Positions 39,921-52,529 of a stretch of 64,000 nucleotides of DNA are shown piece by piece. The first letter of the stretch is position 1. Each line of letters opens with the position of its first letter. The position numbers and the translations under genes were made by a program. The DNA is from Octopus vulgaris (taxonomy: Eukaryota): positions 46,624,001 through 46,688,000 of the forward strand of contig OX597819.1 of assembly GCA_951406725.2 (NCBI GenBank), written 5' to 3'. Under the pieces are notes generated by a model. The model had not been told where the DNA came from and made no database searches. It worked only from the letters and a program-made list of their open reading frames with translations.

Positions 39921-41194
39921 ATGTGCTGGTCAGCAGTTTTACTCCTGCAAAAGAAATTTCGTGCGCAATCAAATAACCTGGTAGGTTAAATACTTATATT
40001 TATTACACTACAAAGTGAGAGATCTTAAATCAAGATGAGCGAGAGAGTGAGAGAGGGGGGAAATCTACGTGGTTGCACTAGCTGCAAGAAAGAGAAACCA
40101 AACAAGTCTCTCTCAAGTTGCACCTAACACTCTAGAAGAAAAAAAAAGAAATTGGATAGTGTTATCGAAGGTACATTTGGCTGTTGTCAACCCGCAAAAC
40201 TATCGGGATGGCAACGAGACCGTAAAGTTTGTAAACGCTGACCTGCTGGATTAAGGCTGACCAAGGGTTAAACAATAAAACCAATAGCAACAACGTGAAC
40301 CGCATTATAATTTTTCTTACTCTGTAAAGAAACAGAAATCTCACTGTTATGGAGGTTGTTGCTGTTGACAAGAACTTTGTTGTGGGTGTTGACGAGTGTT
40401 CTTGCATCCTCGTCATCCGTGCTGTCTTTGAGTAGATTAATCTTAGGATAAGAGCAGCTGTCGAGAACAGATCGAAATATATTATGTGGAGTCTGTTTTA
40501 TTCAAGATTCCAGAGCACTATCAAGTCGACAACATGCAATTCCATATGGTTTAGTCGTTAATATATGAAGAGATTGACGGGGTTATAGCAGGTCGACATT
40601 TATTATACTACATACAAAAGAATGATAAACCAATTGTTATAGTATCCGGAAGATAGCTTTGATTTAAGAACACACATTATTTATCTATATTCATATTTGT
40701 GTACTTATATATAAATATGTCATCAATTATTCATACATCATATATCATTAACTGTGAATATTCAAATAATCAATTGGATCGTATGGCCGCTACAGATGTC
40801 TTTCACCTTCTTCAGTGTACCTACAGCAGATTGTCTTATTTATTTAGAGAATAAATTATTCAGAGTCATCTACATATAAAAAACAATTATTAAGTTAATG
40901 TTAGTATATTTAATGGAAATTGTATTAAAAACCTGACTAGAATTAATTATGAAGGAAGAATAAATATTAGTCTATAAATAATATTGTTTTCATTGTTTTC
41001 CCAAGTGCAGCAGACAAATCATGACATGTTTGAGCGTTATTATGACCTCATCAGCTAAATATAAATTTCATCGTGCTGGGAGAGTAGAGACGAAAGTATC
41101 AGTAAATAAACATAATACAAATAAATGGATGGGAAATATAATTGTTTAGAGAGCAATATTATTCAAAATCGCTTTCTACAAAAGTTTGAGCTTG

Positions 41195-41760
41195 TATTCT
41201 AGGTTCGGACTATATGCCAGGTATTGCAACTGTCCGATTCCCTCAGATTTCTGGAGTTTATTCCGGGTCGTTTGGAAGGTCTGAGATCTTGCGATTTCTT
41301 GCTTCTTGCTTCAGAAGAGCTCGCTTTCTTTTAACTAATGCCGGGTATTTTTGTCGCACAATGGCATACATCCGCTTCGGCTGTTCTGAGTACAGGTTGG
41401 CTTCGATGGTTCGACCCTCATGAACGAACTCGTGGTGAATTAATCCCTCATAATTCCACTAGATGCAGAGTAACACCTTGTGTTCGAAACGCCCACTTTA
41501 GCGACAGGTTCCGGAAGCTAGCTCTTGCGAAACCATTCCTTATGCACGCTAGGAATGTGGAAAAATATCCCCCGCGGATTATTACTTGTTTCGATCCATT
41601 TCTCTCTTCCTGTGCTTGCGACGCTTCATCATCAAAGAAGAGTCGGAAGTTTCAGTGAAAGAGTTCTTTACCTCGAAGGACAAGCACCGGTATCAGTGGG
41701 AGATCAAAGAACTGTCAGAAAGTTGGATTCAAACGGTCCTCTAACTCGACGAACAAAGTT
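41195..41760 (-). mobile_element. Mariner transposase fragment
   Basis: Minus strand: EEKWI, KVLLCI*WNYEGLIHHEFV, TIEANLYSEQ, KYPALVKRKRALL, LAYSPNL (YSPDL motif). Confidence 0.85.
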
Positions 41761-41827
41761 TTGTAACTAGAACAAAGCAAACAAGTTACCAAATTATTGT
41801 AAAACCTTTTACTCAACGCAATATATA

Positions 41828-41830
<3 letters not shown>

Positions 41831-41898
<68 letters not shown>
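41831..41898. repeat. (TG)n microsatellite
   Basis: Direct reading. Confidence 0.95.
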
Positions 41899-41901
<3 letters not shown>

Positions 41902-42439
41902 GATATATATATGTATGTATGTAGTAAATCCAAAAAAATAAAAAGAAAAACACAACAATGTTTGTGTGTCTCGTCTATTTTTTAATCATCATAAATCTTC
42001 TACTGAGGAGGGAGCCGGTTTCCAACAAAGATACAAGGCTCCATCTTTGGGATGTAGTTAACACAGACAAATTCATAATTGGAATTTGAGAAAAGTCTTG
42101 CGTATTTTTACCGTTCCACTCACAGATTGCACTTGTAATGTATGAATCAGCCGGTCAGTTTCTCTTTCTGAAAATCCCAGTTTATCCAGATTCTCCACAA
42201 AACCTAATACTCCAATTGTTATTGGTATGAATATGATGGCGAGTACATAAAAATATAGTTATGAAAAAAAGAAAAATCTTTTATGAGAAATTGTGTGCAA
42301 TATTTCTTAAAAATTGCAGACCGTTTTCAGATTGATAGTTCTCAGCGAGCTTCGTTAGTCGTGCATCAATCATTTGATAGAAATTTTTTCTTTCTTTTTT
42401 TTCCTTCTTTCTTTTTTTTTTTTTTTTTTTTCGTCGTGT

Positions 42440-43300
42440 CCGTACGTTGAATGTGCGCAATTTTTGTCTGGCTTAAGCATTCCTTAGTCTTAAGGGCATT
42501 GCAAAGTTTCTACAAATTTGGATGTGTGGATGTTATCGATGACTGCAAAGCATTGTGGAACCCTTCTACCGAATTATTTGCGAATTATTATCCAGAGTTG
42601 GATAGGAAAATGTGGGGTTTCTTTTCGTGGACGAAGACCGCGTCCCTTTACAGTCCCAATAAGTGATAAAATAAGGGATAAACTCAGAAGGGATGTTCTC
42701 ATCATCAGACACATCTTCAAATCCATTGACAACGTCTTCAATTGGTGAAAATGCTAAAGCGCAAAAACACTAGCCCGACAACCTTTGTAAAAACGTTCAC
42801 AACGCCAATATATTTTTGTTTTGCTACTGTTAACTTCATTCTTGTCGTATATATGATTCTCTTCGTCGCAAAGCTCACGTTTGTTCTTCTCTGATGTTAT
42901 AAATGTTGCTGTGGTTGAGGGTTTCAAAATTCAAAGTTAAAATGAATAGAAAAAGATTAGCAGTACAGTGAAATTCAGTTAAAAAATGACTAACAATTGC
43001 ATACACTTATATTTTAACTAACAACTAATTAGTTCAGAAGTGTGTAACAGGTATTCTATAAACCGTTTACTGTAGTTGAATTTACCTCAGTGAATTTTAC
43101 CTATAGTGAAAATTTCCGAGTGGAATTTAACTAACGAAAAATTAGTTAAGGAGTGTGTGACATGGGCGTGTGTAATTAGTTTTCTATAAACCTTTATTTT
43201 CCAAGTGGAATTTACCATAGTGGAATTTACCTTAGTGGAATATACCGCAGTGAATTTTACCTATCGTGTAATTTACCATAGTGGAATTTACCGGTCACGG
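42440..43300 (-). mobile_element. Internally deleted Mutator-like (MULE) transposon with FLYWCH finger
   Basis: Minus strand: FITSEKNKRELCDEENHIYDKNEVNSSKTKIYWRCERFYKGCRA (FLYWCH-like) joined to LAF..IEDVVNGFED...NNSVEGFHNALQSSITSTHPNL (MULE C-terminus). Terminus CCGTGACCGG with 15-bp subterminal repeats at 43070-43300. Confidence 0.8.
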
Positions 43301-44039
43301 TATTAATTTAGTAGATATTTGTTTTATTATCTTCAGCAGGATATTCGACAATATAGATTGAAGGGACTCCCTCGCTGACCCTTGCTAATCCATGACGCCT
43401 CTAAGTTGACTAAGTCGTTCAGAATTAAGGGTCTCTTTCAGGAACAGCACGGATTATTTGCAGTAAATACTTCTTCAACCAAGGGACGGAAATGTTATTG
43501 TATTAGCAACCGGCGACGCTCGGGAGACATCATGGCGAATCTAAACTTACATATGTTAGTTATTTCATCAAAGTAGTGTGGTTACAAGGTCTAACAGAGT
43601 TATAAATAAAATGCAAAACATCTGAGTGTGTGTGTGTGTGTATGTGTGTGTGTGTGTGTGTGTATGTCTGTGTGTGTGTGTGTGTGAATATCACACCTTG
43701 CGACTGAACAAAGAACTTGAAAGAAGACTGTTTGGCTTCCAAATAATTCGTTTATGAAAATTGTTGTAGATCTGATGTCAACACTTTAATATCAACGTCA
43801 AAGTACAGAGATAAATGTTGATCTTACAGTCTATCGCAAACACTGTCAGAGGGAGGAGGATATTACAAAGGACACGTGGGGGTTGATTTTACAGTTTATA
43901 AACTAACCCTATCTGTTGGTGATATAGTTTATCACTAACGGTGTCAGTGGTGCTAATATAGAGGTCTTGTGTTGTCGATCTTGTGGTGTCTAAGTAACAC
44001 TATCAGTGTGATATCTTGTACATGTGTTGCAATATCTCT

Positions 44040-44230
44040 TTCACTAGTTTCAGTTATTGAACTGCAGCCATACTGGAGCACTGCTTTGGGTACAGTCGAA
44101 CAAATCGATCCCACTACCTAGTTTAAAGTCTGGTGGTTATTCTATCCATATGTTTTGCAGAACTGTAAAGTTACGGGTATGGAAACAAACCAATACCGTT
44201 TGTCAAACGGTATGAAGTGAAACACAAAGA
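44040..44230 (-). mobile_element. SINE family B 3' part
   Basis: GTTTCAGTT...CTGCAGCCATACTGGAGCAC is the reverse complement of the family B tail. A decayed head lies at 45960-46100. Confidence 0.65.
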
Positions 44231-44249
44231 CACACACACACACATACAC

Positions 44250-44327
<78 letters not shown>

Positions 44328-44338
44328 TATATAATTAG

Positions 44339-44767
44339 AAATATGAGGACACAGAAATATAAGGACCCAACAGGAGACGTTGATGTAATTCCTTACGGGA
44401 CTGTCATATTGAGTTGACAGTATACGACCACTATATCGCTCCACCACCGCTTATGTCTCTCTGAGACATTTAGAAATTCAATATTTCTAATTTCGTTAAT
44501 CAGTAAATAAATTTTATTGTAAATATGATATATTTGCGAAGAGGTTGCAGTCATCTCAGCGAGCTGGACAAGCTACCCTGAACTGACGATGAGCAATAGA
44601 CTCAGAAACATATGTCTTCAGGTGTTCAGTCTCACCTGGCGGGGGTGATTGCCTCCCCTTTGCAAATATAAAGACACAGAAAATGTGTCAAAGTCGACAG
44701 GAAACGTCGAATGGCGGTGGTGTAATTCCCTTACGGGACTGTCACATTGAGTTGATAGTATACGACC
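44339..44767 (+). mobile_element. Retrozyme/pseudo-LTR-like element: unit of about 338 bp with diverged terminal direct repeats
   Basis: 44339-44429 resembles 44664-44767 (GTAATTCC(C)TTACGGGACTGTCA.ATTGAGTTGA.AGTATACGACC). (TA)n on both sides and an HHR inside. Confidence 0.75.
44577..44622 (+). ncRNA. Type-I hammerhead ribozyme motif with palindromic stem III
   Basis: CCTGAA-CTGACGA(44583-89)-TGAG caataga CTCA-GAAA-C atat G-TC-TTCAGG: 6-bp stem I, ACATATGT palindrome, predicted GUC cleavage after 44616. Confidence 0.8.
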
Positions 44768-45186
44768 TATATATATATATATATATATATATACATACAT
44801 ACATACACATAGACGCACATATACCCACATACATACACACTCATATATATATAGTCGACAGATGAGATTCTCCGTATACAAGACAGTAGTGCTCAAAAGA
44901 TTCAAACTAATATTCCGATGTCTTTACAGGAGATCGATTTTTGTATGCATATATGTTTATTTTGCATTTCATACCCAAACTATTATGTTTAATATATTTA
45001 ATGTATCTAATTTGTTTATCTGCATAATTGCCTATATATATATATATATATATATATAATACTTCTTATACAATAATGAAGTTGTGTCCCTTAATTTGCT
45101 GTTTTTCTATACACAAACCGAGAAGATATCTTTAGGAACAGTATTTTAAAGGGGTACATTTTGTAATATCACTTGAAGAGGCACAT

Positions 45187-45288
45187 TTCCATCTGAAGAG
45201 ACAGAATTCGGATACTCCAAAGCCAGTTGTTAAGAATGTATCCTGCGAGCATCGATACTCGATGGGTCGAAACAATTATAGTGATGAA
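45187..45288 (+). ncRNA. Degenerate hammerhead with branched stem II
   Basis: CAT-CTGAAGA-GAC[GGATAC/GTATCC and CATCGA/TCGATG hairpins]GTC-GAAA-C..G-TG-ATG. The GUG triplet predicts inactivity. Confidence 0.45.
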
Positions 45289-45403
45289 TAAACATTCTCG
45301 TATCTTCCATCTTCCGTCTCTCTCATTATTCATATATATATATATATATTTCGTTTGTTTTCCACCTGCCTTCGTCTTTTGTTTATTTTCATAAAGCTTC
45401 CCG

Positions 45404-45456
<53 letters not shown>

Positions 45457-45532
45457 TGCAGCGTGGAAGGTGTTTATAAGCCATTTAAGAAACACACAAA
45501 ACCGTTAGATTCACTTCAACATTTAAATTTAA

Positions 45533-45583
45533 TTTGTCAAAATATTTTCGTCGCTTTGAGACCGCGACCTGTTCACTGACAAA
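45533..45583 (-). ncRNA. Hammerhead motif with G3:C8 swapped core
   Basis: Minus strand reads TTTGTCA-GTGAACA-G-GTCGC ggtctcaaa GCGAC-GAAA-ATAT-TT-TGACAAA: 7-bp stem I, 5-bp stem II, palindromic AATATT. Confidence 0.6.
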
Positions 45584-45620
45584 GCGTCATGCTGCATCTC
45601 GCTATGCAAGTACACCTCCG

Positions 45621-45662
<42 letters not shown>

Positions 45663-48600
45663 TAGATTAATAAATAAAACATACGCATATATACATACAT
45701 ATATGTACGTACCAACCTCTACATGTATATATACATGCATATATGGGTACAGGACACCAAAAAAAAAAAATACGTCGAACACAATGAGAAACGAAAACAT
45801 AAACACAAAACCAAGGAACTGGACATTTTTCTTAAACAACGAAAAAAAAGAGTACAGGACAAATAACACAAGGAAAATTCCCCTTCTTCAGTCGCCATGG
45901 TTTCATCTACTCTGCGCTTCGAAGGTGATATATATATACAATTATATTATACACACATATGACATGTTTCTGCCTACCAAATTCCTTTATAAGGAATTAT
46001 ACGACTCGGAGCTGTTGGAGAAGTCTCTTGCCCTTGATGCAGTATAATGGGACTGAACGCGAAGCTGCATGGTTACGAAGCAAACCTCTTAACTCCGTAG
46101 TTAAAAGTTTAAACTTGTAGTCCATCTCCAAGACTAGCAGCTGGAATAATATTAATGTATAAGGCATCTATCTCTCGCACTACCAGTGGTATTAATTAGG
46201 ACATTTAAGGTTGATTTTACAGCCTATTACGAACACTGCCGGTGGGAAGTGTGGTTATACACTGTACATGTAAGGGAGTAGAAGGAAGAATTAATAGTGT
46301 ACGAAACAGAATATTTTGTGTTATATAATCACGTCTTTTAACGATCTGCTTTCAAGCTTATCAGCTAAACTTTAATATACATTCCATTGTGATTAACAAG
46401 ATAAACCCTAGTCATTATAGGGAACCAGATCTACTTGACTTCATCGATTCATCTAAATGGGTGACATCGTCAAAATAGAAATAATATTTTTCTTATGTGA
46501 AAGCGTTGGATAATACAACTGGTAGAGCGATGAAGAAAATATCTTTAATTTACTTATATATTTATTTTTGCGACTCTAGAGTCACTGATATTCTATATAT
46601 CGTTGACAGAAGATTCGGCTGTTATGCCGCAGCTGAACATCCGTCACTGAGGAACCCATAGCAGAGCGAAACCACGTGATCTTGCAGTTCTGGCGGCCGT
46701 AGTAAAGGGCTCTTGTCTGTCAACGATATAATTACGGGCGCTTTTATGCACCACTAGTCCTACGAGAAACCCTCTCAATTTAAATAATGCAATATTCTTT
46801 GTTCTAACACAACCTCCATGTTTAATTGGAGATCAAGATTACCTTTTGGTATTAATATTGTTGCTGTGTCAATTAATTATCTTTAGTTTAGTCTGATTAC
46901 ATTCAAATACAATATGCTTTTTCCTTCATCCACCACTGATGAAATAAGTAATAAATACCAGATATATACTGGGGCTGATTTAATTGACTGTAGCCCCACC
47001 ACATAGTGTTGCACCAATGTTAGAAATTAACATTTTGTGGATGAAAGTTCCAGAATGTATCTTTTATTGGTGGCATAGGATAACGCTAGAATGATAAAGA
47101 TGCGGAACAGCAAAAGTCAACTTTAAAAAAGTAAAATTATTAAGTAAACTAAGCGCATATGTGACTTTTATATTTGGTTTGCAAGATTCTTGACGTGAAC
47201 TGGCGGGTTGGAACATATTTTGTTGTATCTTGGGAGGGTCAGTATGCCAGTCATTAGCTCACGCTCTGACTCTGTTTCACTCCTATACTTTTATTTGTCA
47301 ATTGAGGTCGTCATAAAAAATGGTTTGCTAAAATGTGAAAGACAAAGTATCACGATCATCTCTTGTTTAACTTATTGGACATAAAAGTATGAGGAAGCAA
47401 TAATTTAGAACAATTATAGCTATAAGGGATGTCTTATTTGTGACAAAAACAAAAACAATTTAGGTTTTGCGGAAGCTACATCATTCTTAAAGACATCAAT
47501 GCGAATGTAAAGTGGTTTCAACCGGAAATAGAAACCAGTTTGTAATCTCTATTAAACAATACGTTGTATCTCGGTCACTGGTGCTTGATACTATAATGAA
47601 TTTTGGTTTCTTTGTGGGAAAACAATACAGAATATTGTGAAATAAACTAAAATGATTTGCAATAATGTAAACCGTAATAGACTCTCTTCTATTCGTTCTT
47701 ACTTGTTCCACTTATTTTCGCCTAAGGATAACGAACCCCGCTTTAACAAATGTTGATTTCCTTTCAATATGAACAATGGTCCTACATGCGTACATACGTA
47801 CATGCTTGCTTGCATGCATACAGCTTGTGAGAGTGAATGAAGTTATGTGATATTTATGCTTTCTCCGTGGTTATTTATGGCTTGCTGGAAGCGAATTGTC
47901 TTCGAGCGGGAACTGAAACTGTACTGCAATCTCATTTCAGTTTTCTAACCATCTGTTCTTAACGAATTTTCATTTCTAACAAGGACAGAGGTTCTCAAAT
48001 TCATCGTAGGGTGGAATCGATTAGGTCGACACCACTACTTGGTTAGTACTATTTTTGATTGATTCCGGAAGGATTAAAAGCAATGCCCACTTCGGCCAGA
48101 TTCGAAATCGAAATAAAAAGTCACAAAACTAAATACCACGAGATAGTCAATCATTCTCCTGTTTCTATGAGACAGACACCCTCACTCTAAACGAATACTA
48201 ACAACTCGCCGTATTAGTTCTGCATTCCTATATTTATTCATTCATTTATCTGTTCCTATAGTTTGTTAGTTGACAAGGCACAAGTTAGCATGATTTACTG
48301 AATTATAATGTAGTTTTTAAAACTGATTACTCGCTTCTCTATCAGTTGCAGACGACAATAACATTTTTACGTCATTAATTCGCCATTTTGGTTTTTGTTT
48401 TTATATTATCATTTCTTGCTTTTCGGTAGAGAGAAAAATTGGGAGAAAAATGTGATTGTTTGTGCCATTCATCTTTGGTGTTGATACAGTTGTTGCTATT
48501 ACTGCAGTGTTTGTTATTGTAGTTGTTGTTGTTGTTGTGATGGTAGTTATTATTGTTGTTGTTGTTGCTATCATTATTGTTATTGCAGCTGTTACTGATG

Positions 48601-48686
48601 TAGCTGTTATTGTTTTCGTGTTACATGCGTTATTGTTATTATCTATTGTGTTGTTTTATTTTTGCTTCAGTGTTTGATGCTGTTAA

Positions 48687-48726
<40 letters not shown>

Positions 48727-49278
48727 GCTACTGCTGCTGCTGCTGCTATCGTTGTTAATGATGTTATTGCCGCTGTTGCAAATGTTGCAGCTAATATTGT
48801 TTTACCATTGCACTTTATTATGAGTTATCTTGGAGTTGTTTTTGTATTTCTTGTTGTTGTAGCTTTTGCTGTTGTTGTTGCTATTGGTTACTTTCACATT
48901 ACTATTTATCTTTAAGAGTTCCCTCTCCTATTTATGTTACCCTCTCAACAGCTCTCTTCTTTCTCTCTATTTAACCTTCATTCACCCCTACCCTTTTTCT
49001 CTCTCCCTCCCTCTTTCTCTCTCTCTCTTACCCACACCACTTCTCGCTCACTCTCTCGCTCTCCATCTCTCTCTCACTCTCTTACTTTTCCTCTACTCTA
49101 TCCCCTCCATTTCTCATTTCTTATTTCTATCACTACTTCTCAATACTTCGTCCGTTTCTTCTTTTTCTTCTTTTTCTACTACTACCACTACTACTACTAA
49201 TACTACTACTACTACTACAACTGCTTGTATATCGTTTTCCTTTATTTTCTCTACATTACACACGAACACACACACACG

Positions 49279-49314
<36 letters not shown>

Positions 49315-49355
49315 CACACGCATATGTACATACATGCCTACATATATTCATATAC

Positions 49356-49426
<71 letters not shown>

Positions 49427-49535
49427 GAAAGAGAGAACGATTTTCTAACTATCTCTCTTTTTTCTTTCTCATTTCACTTTCATCATCTCTCTATCTCCCT
49501 CGTCCTCTATATACATGAATGTACGTTTTTTATTA

Positions 49536-49585
<50 letters not shown>

Positions 49586-49900
49586 GTTGTTGTTGTTGTT
49601 GTTGTTGTTATTACTACTACCATCATCGTGGTCGTCGTCATCGTCATCATCATTACATTATTATCTTATATATATATATGTATGTATGTATGTATGTATA
49701 TATGTATGTATGTGTGTGTTTTATGTATGTACACATATTTATACATGCATTTATGTACATATGTGTGTATATGTATGTGTGTGTGTATACATATACAAAT
49801 ATATGTCCGCATACACATTTCTCGTAATCTATCCAACCATTTCTCCCTCTTTCTCTTTCCGTACCCACTTTCTCCTCCCTTCTTCCCACTTTCCCACTCT

Positions 49901-49952
<52 letters not shown>

Positions 49953-50353
49953 AATTCATTGATGCTAATACATCGTCTCTCTCTCTTTCTATGAATCCCT
50001 ATATGCTTCTGTCTTTTTTTTTTGTAAACCTCTCACTCAACCATTAACTCCTACTCTTTACTACCCTCCTCCCCCACTCTCTCTCTCTCTCCTTCTCTCT
50101 ACAGTCTCTCTCTTCCCTTCTCTCACATCTCTCTCTCCATCGCTCTTTCTACTCCTCTCTACGTCTCGGCTGGCTCTCCTCTACCAAACTATATACATTT
50201 GACTCACATATTCTTCACTTGACTGCACTCAAAGAGAAGGCAATCTTCTCAGGCGTGATACGGCGATAAGGCTAACAACACTTGTGTTCCAATATTCCTT
50301 CGCTGTTCGCTCTTCCCGGCATGCTTTGCCATTCTATTTGCATTACTTCTTGA

Positions 50354-50460
50354 TTTTCTTCTTCTTCTTCTTCTTCTTCTTCTTCTTCTTCTTCTTCTTC
50401 TTCTTCTTCTTCTTCTTCTTCTTCTTCTTCTTCTTCTTCTTCTTCTTCTTCTTCTTCTTT
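50354..50460. repeat. (TTC)n microsatellite
   Basis: Direct reading. Confidence 0.95.
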
Positions 50461-51014
50461 TTCACATTTTCGTTTTCCTTCCTTTAACCTGCCTCCTCCT
50501 CCCCCACCACCTTCTCCTTCTCCTCCTCCGCATCATCATCATCATCATCATGATCATCATCATCATTATCATCATCATCATCCTCTTTTCTTCATCTTCT
50601 CCTTCTTCTTCTTCTCTTTCTTCACCTTTTCCTTCTTCTTCTTCGTCTTCTATTTCCAATTTTCGTTTTCCTCCTTTTCACCCTCCTCCTCCTCCTCCTC
50701 CTCATCATCATCATCATCATCCTATTTTTCTTCTTCTTCTTCTTCACGCTACTGTTGCTGCGGCTGTTATTGACCTTGTTCTGTTTGTTGCTGTTATGAT
50801 TTACGTCTATGATGATGATGACGACGACGACGGTGGTGATGTTGATAATGATGACGACGATGATGGTGGTGATAATGATCAGGAAATTGATGACGATGAC
50901 GACGATTGAGATAGTGGTGGCCGTGGTGGTGCATTCTTGGTGGATTCGTTGGTAATGATTGTGTGGTTGTTGATGTGATGGTGATGATAGTACGGATGGT
51001 GTTAATGATGATGG

Positions 51015-51210
51015 GGGTGGTGGTGGTGGTGGTGGTGGTGGTGGTGGCGGTGGTGGCGGTGGCTGCGGCGCTGGTGGTGTAGCCGATAGTGTTGTTGTTG
51101 TTGGTGGTGGTGGTTGTGGTGGTGGTGGTGGTGGTGGTGGTGGTGGTGGTGGTGGTGGTGGTGGTGGTGGTGGTGGTGGTGGTGGTGGTGGTGGTGGTGG
51201 TGGTGATGGT
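51015..51210. repeat. (GGT)n microsatellite
   Basis: Direct reading. Confidence 0.95.
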
Positions 51211-51450
51211 GATCAAGATTATGGCAGTAACGGAGGTGATGGTGTGGTACCAATGAAGATGGTGGACTGAATGGTATGGTTCTGATGGTGTTGTTGTTGG
51301 TGGTCGTCGTCGTGGCCGTAGTGATGGTCGTCATGGTGGCCGTCGTGATCATGGTGGCGGTGGTGATAGTCATGGTGGCCGTGGTGGTGGTGGTGGTCGT
51401 CGTCGTCGTCGTGATGTTGATGCTGAAGGAGTTGTCCTGATGCTCAACTG

Positions 51451-51484
51451 TATAAAAGAGGAAGCCCCTTAGCGGACTTCATTC
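51451..51484 (+). promoter_or_regulatory. Candidate TATA plus Inr core promoter
   Basis: TATAAAAG at 51451 and TCATTC (TCAKTY) with its A at 51481, 30 nt downstream. Confidence 0.3.
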
Positions 51485-51548
51485 ACTCTCTACTCCTCTC
51501 TCTCTCTCTCTCCTCCTTGCTCATCATGAACAATCAATTTAGTCGTCG

Positions 51549-51580
<32 letters not shown>

Positions 51581-51699
51581 TCCACCACCACCACCATCAT
51601 CATCATAATCATCATTATCACCATTATCAGTAACAACAGCAGCATTATTTTATCTCATAATCGTCATCGGCGATGAAAAATTACGTCCTTACATCAATA

Positions 51700-52245
51700 T
51701 CAAGCAGAAGAAAGAATGATTGAATTCCGACTAGCAAGTAACACCTTGAACCAAGCCAGAGCTGCATCCACACAAAAAATGGTCCGCGTTTCGTAGGACT
51801 GAGAAGGACTGATCTACCACGAAATACTTGAAAACAATCACACGGCCAACGCAGAACTTTACGTTTAGCAAATGCACCGGCTCAAGGAGCGAACCCAGGT
51901 GAAATGACTCGATCAGCGACACGGCGTGCTTCTTGAACACGATAGCGCTAGCCTCCACATCATTAATTTCATTACAAACGTTATTCAAGACTTCGGTTGG
52001 TAAGTTCTGCCGCACGTACCGATTTCTCTTGATGTAGCACCTTCAGATTATTATCTTTTCGGTCGCTCTCCAGAAGTCTGCGAGGCGTTTCGTTCAATAA
52101 CGACGAGGAACTGAAAGCGTGGCTCAATAAATTCTTTGAGTCAAGAGACCTGATGCTTTCTTCAGTTAAGTCATTGACAAGCTTGTGGAACTTTGCCAAG
52201 AAGATGTGAAAAATGAAGGAGAATATATTATCGACTTATTTGCTG
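51700..52245 (+). mobile_element. Mariner (DD34D) transposase C-terminal pseudogene
   Basis: EGLIYHEILENNHTANAELYV, VLLEHDSASLH, VLPHVPISLDVAPSDYYLFRSLQ, GEYIID. Confidence 0.88.
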
Positions 52246-52529
52246 AAATTATTAATGAAAAATTAAGATTAAAATAAATGGAAAAATACGTGTGTGTGTG
52301 TGTGTTTCTTTGTGTGTGTGTGATTTTGTGTGTATGTGTGTCTTTGTGTGTGTGCGTGTGTCTGTCTGTATGTGTCTGTATGTGTCTATATGTGTCTGTG
52401 AGTGTCTGCGCGTGTATGTGACTGGGTCTGTGTGACTGTGTGTCGATGTGTATGTATTTGTGTATATGTGTGTGTGTTTGTGCGCGCGCGCGCGCGTGTG
52501 TGTGTGTGCATGAGATGTAAGTAGAATTC

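Noticed and set aside
41010-41056. Minus-strand CTGATGAG...AAACATGTC
   Set aside because: GAAA is incomplete and there is no stem I.
43070-43300. Regularly spaced short repeats reminiscent of CRISPR or iterons
   Set aside because: Tandem 15-mers without unique spacers, in eukaryotic DNA. Explained as MULE subterminal repeats.
45866-45928. Minus-strand CCTTCGAAG...CTGAAGAAGG, a possible permuted hammerhead
   Set aside because: I could not build consistent stems I and III.
46648-46690. CTGAGGA...GAAACCACGTG hammerhead-like relic
   Set aside because: Stems I and II do not pair. At best a decayed copy.
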